Shown in pieces: positions 9,519-19,221 of a stretch of 64,000 bases of DNA. The DNA is from Candidatus Bathyarchaeia archaeon (GTDB taxonomy: Archaea > Thermoproteota > CALKCG01 > B24). Position numbers and translations under genes: made by a program. The stretch is from positions 384,001 through 448,000 of the forward strand of contig JAVZJD010000001.1 in NCBI GenBank assembly GCA_038870975.1, written 5' to 3'. Position 1 is the first letter of the stretch, and each line of letters opens with the position of its first letter. The notes beneath the pieces are model-generated. The model was not told the DNA's origin and searched no databases. It was given only the letters and a program-made list of their open reading frames with translations.

Positions 9519-10887
9519 CCCCTATACCTACATATATAAGATTGGCTTTTTCAGCCTCTTCACGGTCGAATATTCTACCAAAGTCTACTATGGCTATAGG
9601 TTTACCGTTAAGCCTCCTAAGGTTGTTTAAGCTTATATTCTTAAATTCATCGTGTGGCGTAGCTACGATTACGCAATCAATGTCTCTGACAATCCTTTTA
9701 AGACTTGAAGATGTTTTAAATCCCATTCTTTTAATTTCTTCGATCGTAAAATAAGGATCATACACTATCACTTCAGCTCCTTTTTTTAGAAGTTCATTTG
9801 CTAATTTAACACTGTAGGAGTTTCTGGCATTTTTAACGTTTGGTTTAAAACTCAATCCAAGTATAAGTATTCTAGAACGTCTAAGAGGCTTTCCAAGTCT
9901 TCTTAAAGCTTTCATCACAAGCCCATAATCGTGTTTTAGGAGGGACTCGTTTACTCTTAACGCCATTCTAACCATACGTAAATTGAAATTAACGTTTTCA
10001 GCTGAATTCTGCAAGAGTTGAGCATCCTTAGGTAAATGCCCTCCTACACCTATGCTAGGTTTGAGAAGATGACAGAAGGGTTGAGTTGTAGCAGCATTCA
10101 AAACATCAATATAGTCTACACCCATCTTTTCACACAGCATTGCAAGCTCATGGCTAACAATTAATGTGATAAAACGGTAAAAGTTTTCAAAAAGTTTCGC
10201 AGCCTCAGCTGTTTTAATATCTCTAACTTTAAAAATCCCTCCTTTAACAACGGTCTTCAAAACAGCCTCGCTGGCTTCAAGGCTTCTAGGTCCAACTGCC
10301 CCGACTACTCTTGGGTAGCTTACAAGGTCTCTCAATAGCGACCCTTCGGATCCTCTGAGGGGGCTGTATGCGAAGCCGAAATCCTGTTCCGCCTTTAAAT
10401 TGGATAGTGTCTCGATTCTCTCTTTAACTACTTCTTCGGTTATACCAGGACCAGTTGTACTACTTTGAATTATAAGACTGCCTCTTCTTACGCATGTTCC
10501 TAAGTCCTCTGCAACTTTACGGAGGGGGGTATAATCTGGAATACCAGCTTGGTTGACAGATACTGATATAACTACCATAATTACATCGGAATCTCTAACA
10601 GCAGATTTAAAATCCGTGGTTGGGTGGAATTTTTCCATTCTGAGTACTTTTTGAAGAAGTTCTTGGAGTCCCGGTTCAGGGTTTGAAATTATACCACGTT
10701 TAAGTTTGTCGATGAGTTCTACGCTTGTATCTACTCCATAAACTTCAGCCCCACTATCGGCATAAAGACACGCCAGCGGCAAACCCATAACTCCACAGCC
10801 TATTACACTCAGTTTAAGTAATCCTTTAGTAAGCATCCCTGGGATTTCATCAGGGTTTAAATCCATTATATTAGTCATTGGAGACAA
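9502..10887 (-). CDS. UDP-glucose/GDP-mannose dehydrogenase family protein (WecC/WbpA-like) with an atypical active site
   Basis: GCGVMGLP, AKLFEN, GLSFKPNV, VYDP; catalytic loop reads GVGGHLPKD with no Cys. Confidence 0.85.
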   Translation of the reverse strand: MSPMTNIMDLNPDEIPGMLTKGLLKLSVIGCGVMGLPLACLYADSGAEVYGVDTSVELIDKLKRGIISNPEPGLQELLQKVLRMEKFHPTTDFKSAVRDSDVIMVVISVSVNQAGIPDYTPLRKVAEDLGTCVRRGSLIIQSSTTGPGITEEVVKERIETLSNLKAEQDFGFAYSPLRGSEGSLLRDLVSYPRVVGAVGPRSLEASEAVLKTVVKGGIFKVRDIKTAEAAKLFENFYRFITLIVSHELAMLCEKMGVDYIDVLNAATTQPFCHLLKPSIGVGGHLPKDAQLLQNSAENVNFNLRMVRMALRVNESLLKHDYGLVMKALRRLGKPLRRSRILILGLSFKPNVKNARNSYSVKLANELLKKGAEVIVYDPYFTIEEIKRMGFKTSSSLKRIVRDIDCVIVATPHDEFKNISLNNLRRLNGKPIAIVDFGRIFDREEAEKANLIYVGIGVDSTD

Positions 10888-10990
10888 ACCTCTATATACG
10901 CTTCAGTATTTAAAATTCTGGCTGAGAGAATTTAAATTATACCTTCTTAAAATTATCAACCCTTTGATAAAACTTTAATTCATTCTACTA

Positions 10991-12079
10991 ATGTTTAAGT
11001 GTCTGATGAGAATTTTACTCGATATTTTAACGCCGAAGCAATGTAGGTTTTTCTCAGTTTTAGGACGAAAACTAGAAGGTAAAGGTTTCGAAGTCTACAA
11101 AACAGCTAGAATATTCAGAGAAGTTGTTGAGCTTTTAGAACTATTAGGTGAAGAAGCCCATCTAACGGGCAGATACGGCGGGGCGACGCTTGAAGGGAAA
11201 CTTGAGGCTAGTTTAGAGCGGATGATAGAACTTAAAAAGGTTTTCCAAAAGATCAAACCTGATTTAGTCATATCATTTTCTTCTCCAGAGGCCTCTAGAG
11301 TAGCCTTTGGATTAAACATCCCTCACGTGGCTGTAAGCGATAGCCCCCATTCAACCGCCGTTTCAAAACTTTCCATTCCATTGTCTAGAATATTATTCAC
11401 ACCTTGGATTATACCCAAATCTGCTTGGACAATATATGGCATAGAACGCTCTAAAATCTTTAAATACAGGGCTTTAGACCCGGCTGCATGGCTTAAAGAT
11501 TTTAGACCAAACTTAGATATTGTTGCGTCACTAGGGCTATCTAAGGAAAAACCAATAGTAGTATTCAGGCTTGAAGAAAGCCAGGCATCGTATATACTCG
11601 GCATGGGTGGACTTGTCGAACAAACAGCCTTAAAAGCCATCCAGATGTTTGATATCCAAGCAGTTATAATGCCTAGATATGAGGAGCAAATGCGGAAAAT
11701 CTTAGAAAAATTCGGTGGGAAATCTTTAGTACTGGAAAAAACTATTGATGCCGTAAATCTATTGTATCACGCTGCGGTTTTCGTAGGGGGTGGTGGAACT
11801 ATGAACTCTGAAGCTGCCTTGCTAGGTGTTCCAACGATTTCGTGCTATCCGGGTGAAGATACATATGTTGAAAAATACCTTATGAGTAGGGGTCTCCTAC
11901 GTAAAGTTCATGACTCAGAGGAGGCTTTAAAATTCATACAAACTTTTCTAGAGTCTCGTGTAAGAGCCAATTTTAAAAGAAAAGCGAAAGAGATTTTAGC
12001 CTCCATGATAAATCCGGCAGAATTTATAGCGGAGAAAATCACCGAAATATTTTCCCGAGGAACTTCTTTTCAAGTTTAG
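10991..12079 (+). CDS. DUF354-family protein (GT-B fold, putative glycosyltransferase/epimerase)
   Basis: DILTPKQ, SFSSPEA, SDSPH, GGGGTMNSEAALLGVP. Confidence 0.8.
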   Translation: MFKCLMRILLDILTPKQCRFFSVLGRKLEGKGFEVYKTARIFREVVELLELLGEEAHLTGRYGGATLEGKLEASLERMIELKKVFQKIKPDLVISFSSPEASRVAFGLNIPHVAVSDSPHSTAVSKLSIPLSRILFTPWIIPKSAWTIYGIERSKIFKYRALDPAAWLKDFRPNLDIVASLGLSKEKPIVVFRLEESQASYILGMGGLVEQTALKAIQMFDIQAVIMPRYEEQMRKILEKFGGKSLVLEKTIDAVNLLYHAAVFVGGGGTMNSEAALLGVPTISCYPGEDTYVEKYLMSRGLLRKVHDSEEALKFIQTFLESRVRANFKRKAKEILASMINPAEFIAEKITEIFSRGTSFQV

Positions 12080-12686
12080 CTTTTAAGCCACTCGGTTTTC
12101 CATAAACTTCTGTCAACCCCCTCCTGATGGATTCTAAGATGTCTTCTATGCAAGTTGAAGGAGTTTCAACGATCGTGTATGCATATCCTATCGTTCTAAG
12201 TATATGGGAATCGCTTCCAGCAGTCATAGGTATGTTGAACTTAAGAGATATTTTCATGTTAACTCTAGAGGACAATGGGTAGAAAATGGTGCCTGAATTT
12301 AGGACTTCTATAGCGTCTAAACCTAATCGTCTAGCTTTGAGTATAAGCGAAGGTATTAACGTTCTGGGGAAAGGATGCGCTAAAACCGCAACCGCCTCAA
12401 ATCTCTTCGCCTCTTCTAAAACTACGCATATTGGTTTTAGTCCGGGTTTAAGCCTCCACTGGTCTAACCCTAAAACTAACACATGACCTATTGATGTCTG
12501 CGTCTCTAAACCTGGTATGACAAGGATGTTATTAATAAGACCCTTAACTTTTGAAGGCTTTTCATGTTCAGTTAGGGCTAGACCATTTAAGCCTTTAACC
12601 CTAGCCTCGACTAAAGCTTCATCGAGTCTAATTAAGGAATCTCCAGAAACGTTAGTATGCACGTGAAGATCAAGTTTTAACTTCAT
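12039..12686 (-). CDS. PHP-domain metal-dependent phosphoesterase
   Basis: DLHVHT, TEH, AHP, GSDSH. Confidence 0.85.
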   Translation of the reverse strand: MKLKLDLHVHTNVSGDSLIRLDEALVEARVKGLNGLALTEHEKPSKVKGLINNILVIPGLETQTSIGHVLVLGLDQWRLKPGLKPICVVLEEAKRFEAVAVLAHPFPRTLIPSLILKARRLGLDAIEVLNSGTIFYPLSSRVNMKISLKFNIPMTAGSDSHILRTIGYAYTIVETPSTCIEDILESIRRGLTEVYGKPSGLKAKLEKKFLGKIFR

Positions 12687-14361
12687 GTTTAATCCTCAAC
12701 TTTTCAAGTTTCTCTATTTCAGGTATAATATCTTCATCTTTGATCTTCTTGAATAAAGGCCTAGGTTTGGAAACGATATGTCCAGTTTTAAGTCCCTCTT
12801 TAAGAGAATTCCATCGTATAGAGTTTAAGTCGTCGGATAGGTTAAGCATACGCCTTATTTCAATTGCCGTAAAAGGCAGGTAGGGTATTAAGAGTATTGA
12901 AATTGTATAGACTATTTGAGAAGCCACATAAAGCGTTGATGATGCGGCTTCAATATTACTCCAAGGCTTCTTAGTATTTAAATAACTGTTTCCGATTGAT
13001 GAAAGCCTCATAATCTCTCTAAGGCCTTTCTTAAACTCAAAACGCTCAATTTCCATCATAACTCTATCGGCAGTCTTATCTATTTCACTAAGTATCTTCT
13101 TATCGTACTCATCTAATTTACCTGGCTCCGGGATAACTCCATTTGAAAGTTTATGAATGAGAGTTAAAACCCTATTTACGAAATTCGCAAGATTTGCAAT
13201 AAGTTCATTGTTTATTTTGGCTTGAAAATCTCTCCATTTAAAATCTGTGTCTCTATGTTCTGGGGCTATTACTACGGCATAATATCTTACCATGTCTGGG
13301 TGGAATTTTTCAAGCATTTCATGAAGCCATATCACCCATCCTCTACTTGTGGAAAGTTTTTCACCTTCAAGGTTGACAAATTCACTTACTACAACGTTTT
13401 CAGGTAGGACGAAATCTCCATAGGCGATTAAAAGGGCAGGAAAGAGAATTGTGTGAAAGAATAGGTTGTCTTTACCTATGAAACAGTAGATTTCAGTATC
13501 TCTCTTCTTCCAGTAGCTGATCCACATCTCAGGCTTATCATGTTCAATAGCCCAATGTTTTGTTGCAGATATATAGCCTATGAGGTTTTCAGCCCAATTG
13601 TATATTACTTGACCTTTAGCCTTTGGAAATGGTGCGGGTGGACCCCATTCGTAGTCTCTAGTTATATCTTTATCCTTTAAACCCTCTTTCATAAGCCAAG
13701 ATAAAGTCTTATTTAACGTAGCTTTTCTCCAATTTGAGCCTTTAAGCTTCACATACTGTAAAACCTTATCCGTAAGTGCCGATAGTTTGAGAAAATAGTG
13801 AAGACTTTCTCTTAAAACTGGTTTGGCACCGCAGATGACACATTTAGGTTCTATAAGCTCACAAGCATCATACCATCTCCCACATTTTTCACAGACATCA
13901 CCATACTGATCTGTGGCTCCACAATATGCACATATACCCTTGACAAATCTATCCGGTAGGAAAATATTACATTCTGGGCAGAAAAGTTGTCTAATTGTTT
14001 TTTCATATATGAAACCTTTCGCATAAAGAGTTTTATAGAATTCTTCGACTGTTTCAAAGTGTATAGGTAAAGATGTTCTAGAATATATGTCGAAGCTTAT
14101 TCCAAGTTTTTCGAAAACAGTTTTCTGAATGACGTAGTTTCTGTCACATAGTTCTTTAGGTGAAACTTTAAGTCGCATTGCTTCAAGGATAACTGATGTC
14201 GCGTTTTCATCAGTACCACATATGTATATTGCGTCATCTCCTTTAAGCCTTCTATACCTAACATATATATCTGCGGGTAAATACGCTCCAGCTAAATGTC
14301 CAAAGTGTCTCGGGGCGTAAACGTACGGTAAAGCCGCTGTTACTAGAACTCTTTTAGCCAT
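12670..14361 (-). CDS. metG: Methionyl-tRNA synthetase (short form, no C-terminal Trbp111 domain)
   Basis: TAALPY, HFGH (HIGH), Zn-knuckle cysteines, IGKDNLFFH, KLSTS (KMSKS). Confidence 0.97.
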   Translation of the reverse strand: MAKRVLVTAALPYVYAPRHFGHLAGAYLPADIYVRYRRLKGDDAIYICGTDENATSVILEAMRLKVSPKELCDRNYVIQKTVFEKLGISFDIYSRTSLPIHFETVEEFYKTLYAKGFIYEKTIRQLFCPECNIFLPDRFVKGICAYCGATDQYGDVCEKCGRWYDACELIEPKCVICGAKPVLRESLHYFLKLSALTDKVLQYVKLKGSNWRKATLNKTLSWLMKEGLKDKDITRDYEWGPPAPFPKAKGQVIYNWAENLIGYISATKHWAIEHDKPEMWISYWKKRDTEIYCFIGKDNLFFHTILFPALLIAYGDFVLPENVVVSEFVNLEGEKLSTSRGWVIWLHEMLEKFHPDMVRYYAVVIAPEHRDTDFKWRDFQAKINNELIANLANFVNRVLTLIHKLSNGVIPEPGKLDEYDKKILSEIDKTADRVMMEIERFEFKKGLREIMRLSSIGNSYLNTKKPWSNIEAASSTLYVASQIVYTISILLIPYLPFTAIEIRRMLNLSDDLNSIRWNSLKEGLKTGHIVSKPRPLFKKIKDEDIIPEIEKLEKLRIKHEVKT

Positions 14362-14521
14362 GTTTGTTAATCTAAAAGATGGTGGCCTCCTTAAAAGAGT
14401 TACTTTTAAGTGCTCTCATTTTGTGTAGAATATTCCTTAGAAAAGCTGTTCGCTTGTTATTCGTGGAATTTTCCACATAAAGATTAAAGTAGTGGTTAAG
14501 CGCTTATCTTTCCTTGGTATT

Positions 14522-14935
14522 ATGGCTTCAGTAGACTACGAAGATATGCTTAAAAGGGCTTTATCATCTTTGCCTAAGAAGCCTCTACAATCCGAAAGAT
14601 TGAAAATTCCATCAGCCGACGTTATTGTAGTGGGAAATAGGACTATAGTTCGGAATTTTAGAGAAATTGCATCAGTCATAAATAGGGACCCTGAGCATCT
14701 GTTAAAATTCCTCTGTAAGGAGGCTGGTTCAGCTGGAACTTTAAAAGACGATATGGCTGAAATACACGGAAAATTCGACAGAGCTACACTAAACAAACTC
14801 ATAGAAAGATACGTGCAAAATTTTGTATTATGTAAGGTATGTATGAGACCTGACACGCATCTCAAAAAATACGGGCGTTTTCTTTATATAGAGTGTGACG
14901 CGTGTGGAGCCTCATCTCCAGTAATAGCGAGGTGA
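14522..14935 (+). CDS. eif2b: Translation initiation factor 2 subunit beta
   Basis: GNRTIVRNF...RDPEHL, C-terminal CxxC...CDACGA zinc ribbon. Confidence 0.95.
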   Translation: MASVDYEDMLKRALSSLPKKPLQSERLKIPSADVIVVGNRTIVRNFREIASVINRDPEHLLKFLCKEAGSAGTLKDDMAEIHGKFDRATLNKLIERYVQNFVLCKVCMRPDTHLKKYGRFLYIECDACGASSPVIAR

Positions 14936-14940
14936 ATTAT

Positions 14941-15240
14941 ATGTGCAACGTCTATGTTAAAGTTCATAGATTTCAAGGCTATGTTCTTGTAGCTGTATGC
15001 GACGAAGAACTCCTCGGGAAAGTTCTAAACGAGAATGACATATGCTTCAACGTTAGCGAAAAATTTTTTAAAGGGTTTAAAATGGCCGTAGAGGAAGCCA
15101 TTGACCTTATACGAAATGCGGATACTGCTAATCTAATAGGTGCTGTAATTGTAAGCAGAGCTATGAAAGAAAGACTTGTACATCCAGAGGCCATTACGAA
15201 TATAGCGGGTGTTCCTCATGCTCAAATAGTTAAGCTTTAA
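14941..15240 (+). CDS. DUF424-family protein
   Basis: LVAVCDEELLGK...FFKG...ANLIG...GVPHAQ; commonly adjacent to aIF2-beta. Confidence 0.85.
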   Translation: MCNVYVKVHRFQGYVLVAVCDEELLGKVLNENDICFNVSEKFFKGFKMAVEEAIDLIRNADTANLIGAVIVSRAMKERLVHPEAITNIAGVPHAQIVKL

Positions 15241-15254
15241 TCTAGGGGGCTTTT

Positions 15255-16091
15255 ATGAAGAGTTGTTCGAGCGTAATTCTGAAGCCATTTTTCCCGGAGC
15301 CAGCGCTTCTGATTCAACATGGAGATTACAAAGTTTTAACTGTAGCTGATCTTCACATAGGTTGGGAAAGTTCCCTATTTGAACATGGAATATATATCCC
15401 GTCTCAGACTAAAAGGCTCTTAAAAAAACTAATAGAATTGTTGACGACGACCGAACCCCGAATACTTATACTCTTGGGCGATGTTAAACATTCTATTGCA
15501 AAGTTTGAGAAGACTGAGTGGGTGGATGTTCCTGAGTTTTTCAAGACCATTAAAAATTTAGTTGAAAGAGTTGTTGTCGTTCCTGGTAATCATGATGGAG
15601 ATTTGGAAACATTAATACCAGATGGTATTGAAATAGGAGAGTCTGGTGGATTAGCTCTCTGGGATGAGGTGGGGCTTTTCCATGGTCATTCTTGGCCTAA
15701 ACTTGAGCTTTTCAAATGTCATACCCTCGTTATGGGCCATATACATCCAGCTGTAGCCTTTAAGGATAGATTTAACAGTAGATTCTTAAAAAGAGTCTGG
15801 ATTAAAGCTGATATAGAGCCTAAACTTTTGAAACATCACTTAAAAAGAATTAAAACTGGTGATTTTGAAATCCGTTTTAAGAGGTTAATAATAATGCCTA
15901 GTTTTAACGATTTCATGAAGGGGAGGGCTGTAAACGAAGACGATTTTGAGGAGACGGCTATTGGAGCTATAAGCCCCATATTAAGAACTGGTTGTATAGA
16001 CGTGGAAAAATCGGAGGTCTATCTTTTAGACGGTGTATACCTAGGCTCATTTAAGGAAATTAAAGATATCACCCGTATACCATTACTTTAA
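15255..16091 (+). CDS. Calcineurin-like metallophosphoesterase
   Basis: ADLHIG, LGDVKH, GNHD, HGH, GHIHP. Confidence 0.9.
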   Translation: MKSCSSVILKPFFPEPALLIQHGDYKVLTVADLHIGWESSLFEHGIYIPSQTKRLLKKLIELLTTTEPRILILLGDVKHSIAKFEKTEWVDVPEFFKTIKNLVERVVVVPGNHDGDLETLIPDGIEIGESGGLALWDEVGLFHGHSWPKLELFKCHTLVMGHIHPAVAFKDRFNSRFLKRVWIKADIEPKLLKHHLKRIKTGDFEIRFKRLIIMPSFNDFMKGRAVNEDDFEETAIGAISPILRTGCIDVEKSEVYLLDGVYLGSFKEIKDITRIPLL

Positions 16092-16103
16092 AAAATGAAG
16101 AGT

Positions 16104-16961
16104 TTATGGTAAATATTGAGACAAGGTTTTTTTACCTATTAAGAGACCTTTGCGGAATCCCTCAGCACCTTCAAAGAACGGGTCCTCGTGCTCTATGCTC
16201 AATACATAGTCATATCCTATCTCCATTAGAGTCGATATGAATCGACGCCAGTCTATATCCCCTAAACCCGGAATTCGAAACCTCCACCATCCACTACCTG
16301 TATATCCTACGTAGGCAAGTCTACTTTTAATCACCTCAGTGTCTTTACAATGGGTGTGATATACTCTTCCACCGAACTTCTTTAATACTGATATATAGTC
16401 TATAAATTGGAAGACGAGGTGTGAAGGGTCGAACTCAAGTCCAAAATACTTGGATTGAACTATTTTAAACATTTCATCCCATATGTCTGGTCTATAAGCG
16501 ATGTTCGCCATACAATTCTCTATAGCAATCTTAACGTCATGCTTTTCAGCGTATTCTACAAGACTTGGAAAAACCTCGGCGAATGCTTTAATGTTCGTAT
16601 CTATTCCCCCTGGAATCATACCAACCCAAGTAGCCACTACAGGTATCTCAAGTTTGTTAGCTATTTCTATCATCTTCTTTAAATGCTCATTTCGAGCCTT
16701 TCTAGCTTGAATGTTTAAATCTATATGATTGACACACCACGTTAAACAAGATACTATAACGCTTGCCTCTTTCAATGTCTTCTTAACTTCGGCAACATAG
16801 TTAGAGTCGTCAATCTTAGCAGGGTCTATAAGAGGACTCCCCGGCTGTGATGAAACCTCGATTGCTCCAAAACCGTTTTCTTCAGCCCATTTAAGGGTTT
16901 GAACTAGATTTCCAAGTTGTCCACCCGTCAGGAAACCTACCCTCATAAGTATCACCAACAA
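16104..16961 (-). CDS. Sugar phosphate isomerase/epimerase (xylose-isomerase-like TIM barrel)
   Basis: IAIENC, FDPSHL, HCKD, PGLGDIDW, IEHED. Confidence 0.88.
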   Translation of the reverse strand: MLVILMRVGFLTGGQLGNLVQTLKWAEENGFGAIEVSSQPGSPLIDPAKIDDSNYVAEVKKTLKEASVIVSCLTWCVNHIDLNIQARKARNEHLKKMIEIANKLEIPVVATWVGMIPGGIDTNIKAFAEVFPSLVEYAEKHDVKIAIENCMANIAYRPDIWDEMFKIVQSKYFGLEFDPSHLVFQFIDYISVLKKFGGRVYHTHCKDTEVIKSRLAYVGYTGSGWWRFRIPGLGDIDWRRFISTLMEIGYDYVLSIEHEDPFFEGAEGFRKGLLIGKKTLSQYLP

Positions 16962-17028
16962 CGTTTGTTAACTCTCTTCTCTTATTTCAGTCTTTTCAGT
17001 TAAACGTTCAGAAGGAAATATGCAATAT

Positions 17029-18486
17029 TCACTTTGTGCGAATGGTTGCCGGTTTAATAGTCCACGTTTGAAGTTTAGCCAACTCTACTAGATTCCAAGC
17101 TTTAAACCCTTCGGGGAAGATTATCCAGTTCCAACAGTCTTTAGCGCCTTCAATACTCACGTATTTATTTGGCTCAAAGTTCCCCTTAACCAGCTTAACA
17201 TCCTCTATTTTCTCTCCACCATGAAGTTTTATGTATAGTTCTGCTTCAGAAGCTAAAAAGTCGACGGGGCTCACTCTTACACCTTCAATTTCGATAAAGT
17301 CTGGGATCCTATTGTTTAACTCTATAAAAATCTTAGTATCATAGGAAGCTTTTAGAAATTCTTCCAGCTTAAAATCCTTTAGTAATTCCGTCTCGAAGGA
17401 CCTATAGGGTCCAAGGGGGTAAGCATTTCTTATTTTACCTGGTAATACTCTACTTACTTTATACTCCGCAAGGCTTGCGGTTATTAACCAAAAAACTTCA
17501 GATGCTGAAACATATATATCGCCCAATTTTTTAAACGAAATACTCGTAAGACTAGATGCTAAATAAGCTATTTCATTTTCACTAAAGTCTCTGTTTAATG
17601 CGCTGTCTCTAAATAGAGACTGTAGGTCATTAGCTGTGACTACTTCCACAAATGGCTTTGATTTTACATGCTTCACGAACTTATCAAAATCCACATAGCC
17701 TGCTTCAACCCAATTTTTAGGCTTTAATTCGGCTGGTTTAAGCATATCCATAGGTGTATTCAATCCTCTTGAAAAGTTCACGGCATCCCAGAATTCTTTA
17801 GTTACTAAAGTACATGGATGATTAAATATGCTTATAATGCCCCAACCTTGACCATTTAATATCCTCTGGTAGATTTTATCAAACTCGTAGATGGCTTTCT
17901 CTATGAAACCTGGAGTGCCGAGCTCAAAGTTCAAACCTATTATGCCTCCATTAGAGCCAGTTAGATTAAGAATATTCAATATACCACAGTACCAGAATGG
18001 TCTTCCATCGAGGTCTATGAAATCTGTAACGTCTAGGTATGTTGAAATCCCAAGGAGTTTTAAAGCTAGATAGACATGAGGAGCCCATGCTCCACCGGGC
18101 TGACCATAACATGAAGGTGTCACATTAAAAATGCGTCTAATATCTTCTACGCCTTTCCCCTCCCGTTTTATGAATTCTAAAGCGCCCTCTTCAAAATCCA
18201 TATATTTAAGGTACTCAGCGACCGTTGGGTGGACTGAATGGTAGTCCGTATGGTAACCTATTTCATGGCATTTAAGAGCCTCTATAACATCAAATCTTTT
18301 TCTTTTCTCAAGAACTCTGAGTTTTTCACCTACAAGTTTGAAAACCCCTCTTACATTATTTGCTTTAAGTATCTCTGCAAGCCTTTTAAGGGCATTATCA
18401 CTCTCAGGTGTAACAAAATCCTCACAGTCAAACCAGAAAATGACAAACACTCTATTTGAATATTCTCCTTCCATCAAGATTAACAT
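17029..18486 (-). CDS. Hypothetical protein with a polysaccharide-deacetylase-like N-terminal barrel
   Basis: FDCED, EIGYHTDYHSVHP, FNHP metal-ligand-like motifs. Confidence 0.55.
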   Translation of the reverse strand: MLILMEGEYSNRVFVIFWFDCEDFVTPESDNALKRLAEILKANNVRGVFKLVGEKLRVLEKRKRFDVIEALKCHEIGYHTDYHSVHPTVAEYLKYMDFEEGALEFIKREGKGVEDIRRIFNVTPSCYGQPGGAWAPHVYLALKLLGISTYLDVTDFIDLDGRPFWYCGILNILNLTGSNGGIIGLNFELGTPGFIEKAIYEFDKIYQRILNGQGWGIISIFNHPCTLVTKEFWDAVNFSRGLNTPMDMLKPAELKPKNWVEAGYVDFDKFVKHVKSKPFVEVVTANDLQSLFRDSALNRDFSENEIAYLASSLTSISFKKLGDIYVSASEVFWLITASLAEYKVSRVLPGKIRNAYPLGPYRSFETELLKDFKLEEFLKASYDTKIFIELNNRIPDFIEIEGVRVSPVDFLASEAELYIKLHGGEKIEDVKLVKGNFEPNKYVSIEGAKDCWNWIIFPEGFKAWNLVELAKLQTWTIKPATIRTK

Positions 18487-18535
18487 ATTGATTTATAAGC
18501 AAATTATTAAATATTCTCATTTTACCTAGAAGTGG

Positions 18536-19186
18536 GTGGCCATAATGAATACTACTCTATCCGTCGAAGAGATTAAGGCAAAGATACGAAAAAGCCTGAG
18601 TAGAACAATTTGGTACATACTTATTTGTGCTTTACTACTATTGGCTTCGAATCTACTGTTTAAAACGGTAATAGGAAAACTTTCTCCAATACTTCTAGAG
18701 TATGAAGTATATGTCACCGTTATAATAGTACTCGGTTTAGGATATCTCATAGTAAATTCCATGTCGAACTTCATCTATTGGACTATAAGAAGAAGACTTG
18801 ACCACGCCACAGCAACACTATTCAGAACAATCACGCGAATAGTGGGCATAGCAACGTTACTAGCAGTATTAACGTCAGTTTTCAATATAAATCCAGCGGC
18901 TGCACTAACCATAGGGTCATTCGCAGGTATGGTAGTTGGTTTTGCAACACAAACAGTCTTAGGACAGGCAGTAGCGGGAATGTTCCTCGTCCTATTGAGG
19001 CCTTTTAAACCAGGAGATATAATAACAGTTGCTGGACAGACAGGCGTTGTCAAAGATATAGGAATCATGCATACGATACTAATATCTGAAGATGGTTCAA
19101 AGGAGATATTAATACCTAGTAACAGCGTGGTTACAGCAATAATAGTAAAGGTTAGAAAGTCTAAAACCGAGGATGATTTTGGCTAA
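18536..19186 (+). CDS. mscS: Small-conductance mechanosensitive channel
   Basis: GMVVGFATQ...RPFKPGDII...GVVKDIG...IPSN. Confidence 0.88.
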   Translation: MAIMNTTLSVEEIKAKIRKSLSRTIWYILICALLLLASNLLFKTVIGKLSPILLEYEVYVTVIIVLGLGYLIVNSMSNFIYWTIRRRLDHATATLFRTITRIVGIATLLAVLTSVFNINPAAALTIGSFAGMVVGFATQTVLGQAVAGMFLVLLRPFKPGDIITVAGQTGVVKDIGIMHTILISEDGSKEILIPSNSVVTAIIVKVRKSKTEDDFG

Positions 19187-19221
19187 TAGTATCATAGTGT
19201 TAAGGAAGACGCATCTAACGG

